This document shows, in pieces, positions 54,177 to 57,742 of a stretch of DNA of 57,742 nt. The notes beneath the pieces were generated by a model, which worked only from the letters and a program-made list of their open reading frames with translations, had not been told where the DNA came from and made no database searches. The position numbers were made by a program, and so were the translations under genes. The stretch's first letter is position 1, and each line of letters begins with the position of its first letter. Source of the stretch: a virus (lineage: Duplodnaviria > Caudoviricetes); the IMG/VR virus record IMGVR_UViG_3300032246_001167, positions 1-57,742 of that record; one strand, written 5' to 3'.

Positions 54177-55742
54177 ATGGCTACCGGATGGGGTGTAGGT
54201 GCGTGGGGTGATTACACCTGGGGTGGTAGTCAAGATACTGCTACGGGTGTAACTGGCACGGGGTCGGTTGGTAGCGTTACCGCCACCCCAACAGTTGCGT
54301 TAAGCGGTGTTACAGCGACCGGATCGGTTGGCACCGTAACGCAGAGCAGGACTGTTGCGCTATCAGGCGTCACGGCAACAGGCTCTCCGGGCACGGCAAC
54401 ACACAACACCAGCGTTGCCATATCTGGCGTATCCGCCACCGGCTCCGTTGGCTCTGTTGGTGTCGCGCCTTCAATTCCTATTACTGCTGTTACGGCTACT
54501 GGATCAGTTGGCACTGTAACAACAAGCACTGCCGTTTCTCTTTCAGGCGTCACTGCAACTGGCACGGCTGGAAATGAAACGCCGACGCCACAGATACCCC
54601 TTACAGCCGTTACGGCCACCGGATCTGTTGGCACCGTCACACAAAGCAGGACTGTTGCGCTGACCGGGGTTTCTGCCACTGGATCTGCAGGTACGGTTAC
54701 TGCTAACACCACTCTTGAGATTTCTGGCGTATCGGCCACCACGTCAGTAGGTTCGGTTGTAGCTACCCCAACCGTTGCGCTTTCGGGCGTCACCGCAACA
54801 GGGTCGGTCGGCACTGTAACGACAAGTAGGACTGTTGATATCTCGGGTGTAACGGCCACCGCATCTGTTGGAACTGTTGTAGCTACACCGCAAATAAATA
54901 TTTCTGGCGTCACGGCGACTGGGTCTGTAGGTACGGTCACGCAAAGCAGAACCGTTGCGCTTACTAGCGTTACAGCTACAGGTTCAGCTGGCGTTGTTGT
55001 TCCATACAACGAAACAATTGGCGGATCTGTTTTTGGCTATGGATCCGTAGGCACTGTTACCGCAACGCCCACGATTGCATTGTCTGGCGTTACCGCCACA
55101 GGATCAGTCGGCAATGTTACCAATGGTGGCATTTCTGTATCACTCAGTGGAGTCACTGGGACCGGATCTGTTGGCACCCAAACGCCCAACATAACGGTTG
55201 CCATATCCGGCGTCACCGCGACTGGTAGTGTTGGGTCCGTAGCGGTTGATGTCTTGGTGACACTTTCTGGGGTTACAGCAACAGGATCTGTTGGCTCCGT
55301 ATCACCTGAGAAAGAACTAGCGCTGAGTGGAGTTACCGCCACCACAAGTGTTGGCTTGGTTGGCGTATCACTGGTTAGAGCTTTAACTAAGGTATCGGCC
55401 GCTGGTTCTGTGGGTAATGTTACCCCGGGCTACGAACAGCCAATTGCTGGCGTTTCGTCGACAGGGTCTGCGGGTAGCGTTAAAGCAGCTCAAGCGATTG
55501 CACTATCGGGCGTTGCCGCGATAGGCACAGTTGGTAATGTTGGCTTAAGGTACTGGAGTCTTATTGATGACTCCGAAATTGCAAATTGGAACGCAATACA
55601 AAGCGCGCAATCTGCTGTTTGGCAATTGCTAGATGACATGCAGTCCGGCACTTGGCAGAATGTGGCTACCACGCAGTCAGCTGGTTGGCAATTGATAGAT
55701 GACGCCGAGACTCCAGACTGGCAAGAAGTAGTAACTGAATAG
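54177..55742 (+). CDS. repeat-rich fibre/whisker protein
   Basis: About 22 tandem ~20-aa repeats (LSGVTATGSVGTV), N-terminal GWGxGxWG, C-terminal Trp repeats. Confidence 0.75.
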   Translation: MATGWGVGAWGDYTWGGSQDTATGVTGTGSVGSVTATPTVALSGVTATGSVGTVTQSRTVALSGVTATGSPGTATHNTSVAISGVSATGSVGSVGVAPSIPITAVTATGSVGTVTTSTAVSLSGVTATGTAGNETPTPQIPLTAVTATGSVGTVTQSRTVALTGVSATGSAGTVTANTTLEISGVSATTSVGSVVATPTVALSGVTATGSVGTVTTSRTVDISGVTATASVGTVVATPQINISGVTATGSVGTVTQSRTVALTSVTATGSAGVVVPYNETIGGSVFGYGSVGTVTATPTIALSGVTATGSVGNVTNGGISVSLSGVTGTGSVGTQTPNITVAISGVTATGSVGSVAVDVLVTLSGVTATGSVGSVSPEKELALSGVTATTSVGLVGVSLVRALTKVSAAGSVGNVTPGYEQPIAGVSSTGSAGSVKAAQAIALSGVAAIGTVGNVGLRYWSLIDDSEIANWNAIQSAQSAVWQLLDDMQSGTWQNVATTQSAGWQLIDDAETPDWQEVVTE

Positions 55743-55753
55743 GAGCACAAAGA

Positions 55754-57670
55754 ATGGCGGTCACTAATTACACCACACTGCTTGGACTGGCACTTCCGAC
55801 TACGGGCGATCTTTCCGGCACCTGGGGCGACACGGTCAATACCTCAATTACGTCGCTGCTAGATTCAGCTATCGCGGGAACAACGACGCTTAGCACTGAT
55901 GTTGATACCACCCTGTCAACAACCAATGGCGCAAGCAACCAGGCTCGTCAGCAGATCATTGTGTGTTCAGGCGCCAGGACTGCACTGCGCACCATTACAG
56001 CTCCGGCGGCATCTAAGTCCTACATCATCATCAACTCAACGACTGGCGGGTTTGGCGTCAAGATTGTTGGAGCTGGGCCTACCACTGGCGTAACTATCGC
56101 TAACGGCGATAAAGCCTTGGTGGCATGGAACGGTTCAGATTTTGTAGTTGTGTCACACGCCGCTCTTACTACTAGCGATATTTCAAACCTTGGCACCGGC
56201 GTGGCCTCGGCGTTAACAACTAACGTAGGCACCGCAGGATCGTTTGTAGTCAATGGTGGTGTTCTAGGTACTCCATCATCGGGCACTGTCACTAACCTGA
56301 CTGGTACAGCCTCGATCAACATCAACGGTACGGTTGGTGCAACCACGCCTGCTGCGGGTACGTTTACGTCTCTGTCTGACAGCGGCAACCTGACCTTCAC
56401 CGGCACGGGCAATCGTATTACTGGTGACTTTAGCAATGCGACTATTGCTAGCCGTGTGATGTTTCAAACAAGTACTACGAATGGCGTAACAGCGATTGGT
56501 GTGTTGCCCAACGGAACAGCCACAGCTACTCTTTTGGATGTTTATAACAACTCTGACCCAACGAATGCATCTCGGCTGCGAATTACCGCAGATAACTCGA
56601 CAGCATATATTGAATCGGGAAGATTTGGCACCGGCACCTACCTGCCAATGGTCTTCAACACCGGCGGCAATGAGCGGATGCGCATCACCTCCACCGGTAA
56701 CGTGCAAATTGGGGACGCTGCTGCAACTGCGGCTGCGGGCGGACGTTTTCTAGATTTATACAACCTTGAAAACACCAGCGCCGCATCATACGTTGTCTCT
56801 CGGTACATCACCTACAATACGGCAGGTTCAGCTACTACATCTTTTGATATTGGAAAGAATAAAGGTGGAGCTGCATTCCTTACGAATAATGAACCTAGCT
56901 CTAGCAGCATTATTACATTTGGCACGCAGGGCACTGAACGGATTCGTATCACCGCGAACGGCGGTGTGTCGTTTGGTGCTTCGGGTACAGCTTACGGAAC
57001 TGCCGGTCAGGTTCTAACTTCAAATGGAGATGCTGCTCCCACTTGGTCATCGGCAGCCTCGGGGTTTGATGCCGGCACGCGTCTGATCTTTGCCCAAACA
57101 TCAGCACCGACCGGGTGGACAAAAGACACCACCAACTACAATAACCACGCGTTGCGTGTTGTAACCGGCGCGGCTAGTACTGGTGGTACGGTAGACTTTA
57201 CAACTGCGTTTACATCACAAGGTGTAGGCGGATCGTTGTCTAGCACCACCGCAACCAACCAATCGTATACACCAACTGGTACTGTATCCGTGACAGGGGT
57301 TACCGGTAGTGCTGGCGCGACAACACTAACTACTCCGCAGATTCCTAGTCATAACCACCCTGCCGTATCTAGATCGGCGAGCCCCTATGGCTCACCCAGT
57401 GGAGTTGGATATCCAGAATTGGGAGGAGGCTCTTTCTATTGGGGTTACGCCACTCAGCCAGGACTAGCCAATAATGCCGGGCCTCGTGTGGTTGCCACTC
57501 AAGGTGGTGATGGATCTCACACTCACCCGTTTAGTTTTACTAGTGGTACTGGCTCGTTTACTGGCGATGCAGCTAGCATTTTGCAAAACTCGCACACTCA
57601 CACGTTTACCGGAACTGCAATTAACCTAGCTGTTAAATATCTTGACGTTATTACTGCGACGAAAAACTAA
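55754..57670 (+). CDS. tail fibre protein
   Basis: GTWGDTVN N-terminus, ERMRITS/ERIRITA repeats, GQVLTSNG, APTGWTK, TLTTPQIPSHNH...HTH tip. Confidence 0.8.
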   Translation: MAVTNYTTLLGLALPTTGDLSGTWGDTVNTSITSLLDSAIAGTTTLSTDVDTTLSTTNGASNQARQQIIVCSGARTALRTITAPAASKSYIIINSTTGGFGVKIVGAGPTTGVTIANGDKALVAWNGSDFVVVSHAALTTSDISNLGTGVASALTTNVGTAGSFVVNGGVLGTPSSGTVTNLTGTASININGTVGATTPAAGTFTSLSDSGNLTFTGTGNRITGDFSNATIASRVMFQTSTTNGVTAIGVLPNGTATATLLDVYNNSDPTNASRLRITADNSTAYIESGRFGTGTYLPMVFNTGGNERMRITSTGNVQIGDAAATAAAGGRFLDLYNLENTSAASYVVSRYITYNTAGSATTSFDIGKNKGGAAFLTNNEPSSSSIITFGTQGTERIRITANGGVSFGASGTAYGTAGQVLTSNGDAAPTWSSAASGFDAGTRLIFAQTSAPTGWTKDTTNYNNHALRVVTGAASTGGTVDFTTAFTSQGVGGSLSSTTATNQSYTPTGTVSVTGVTGSAGATTLTTPQIPSHNHPAVSRSASPYGSPSGVGYPELGGGSFYWGYATQPGLANNAGPRVVATQGGDGSHTHPFSFTSGTGSFTGDAASILQNSHTHTFTGTAINLAVKYLDVITATKN

Positions 57671-57742
57671 TGCAAATTAAAAACGGAACATTTTGCCCGC
57701 TTATTAAAAAAGATTGTGTTGGCCTGCAATGTGCATGGTTTA
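57670..57742 (+). CDS. Cys-rich protein, truncated by window end
   Basis: MQIKNGTFCPLIKKDCVGLQCAWF...; ATG overlaps the fibre stop. Confidence 0.6.
   Translation, partial: MQIKNGTFCPLIKKDCVGLQCAWF

Noticed and set aside
55754-57670. Diversity-generating retroelement target
   Set aside because: No reverse transcriptase and no template/variable repeat pair seen in the window
1-57742. Window as an exactly circular complete genome
   Set aside because: Joining the end to the start stops the Cys-rich ORF at 57670 after about 26 codons and I saw no terminal repeat; some sequence is probably missing between the ends
1-57742. Alternative genetic code
   Set aside because: Long genes are intact in the standard code and TAA, TAG and TGA all serve as stops

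Overview
The window is a near-complete (~58 kb, linearised mid-tail-module) genome of a lytic-looking, podovirus-like tailed phage. Plus-strand order: SAM methyltransferase and three 2OG-Fe(II) oxygenases (1-2.7 kb); lysis cassette; tail nozzle and DNA-ejection/internal virion proteins ending in a 3104-aa polyvalent protein; recombination genes (RusA on the minus strand, PD-(D/E)XK nuclease, ERF, SSB-like); a ~700-nt non-coding RNA-rich island; ParB-like protein, SF2 helicase and primase. A GC-rich minus-strand early operon with three sigma70-like promoters follows, then terS, a palindromic repeat array (probable packaging/terminus region), terL, portal, GroES-like protein, scaffold, major capsid, small basic proteins, adaptors and tail fibres. 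I saw no integrase, DNA or RNA polymerase, tRNA or CRISPR array. Most notable observations: (1) a canonical type I hammerhead ribozyme at 28226-28271 heading a cluster of structured RNAs upstream of the replication genes; (2) the giant, probably injected, protein carries ParB-like, C5-cytosine methyltransferase, TGT/DpdA-like transglycosylase and zincin domains in one chain, although the phage has no recognisable 7-deazaguanine synthesis genes; (3) a short xxGG motif shared by many putative capsid-internal proteins; (4) two families of palindromic operator-like sites. All assignments come from motif recognition by eye; no searches were run.
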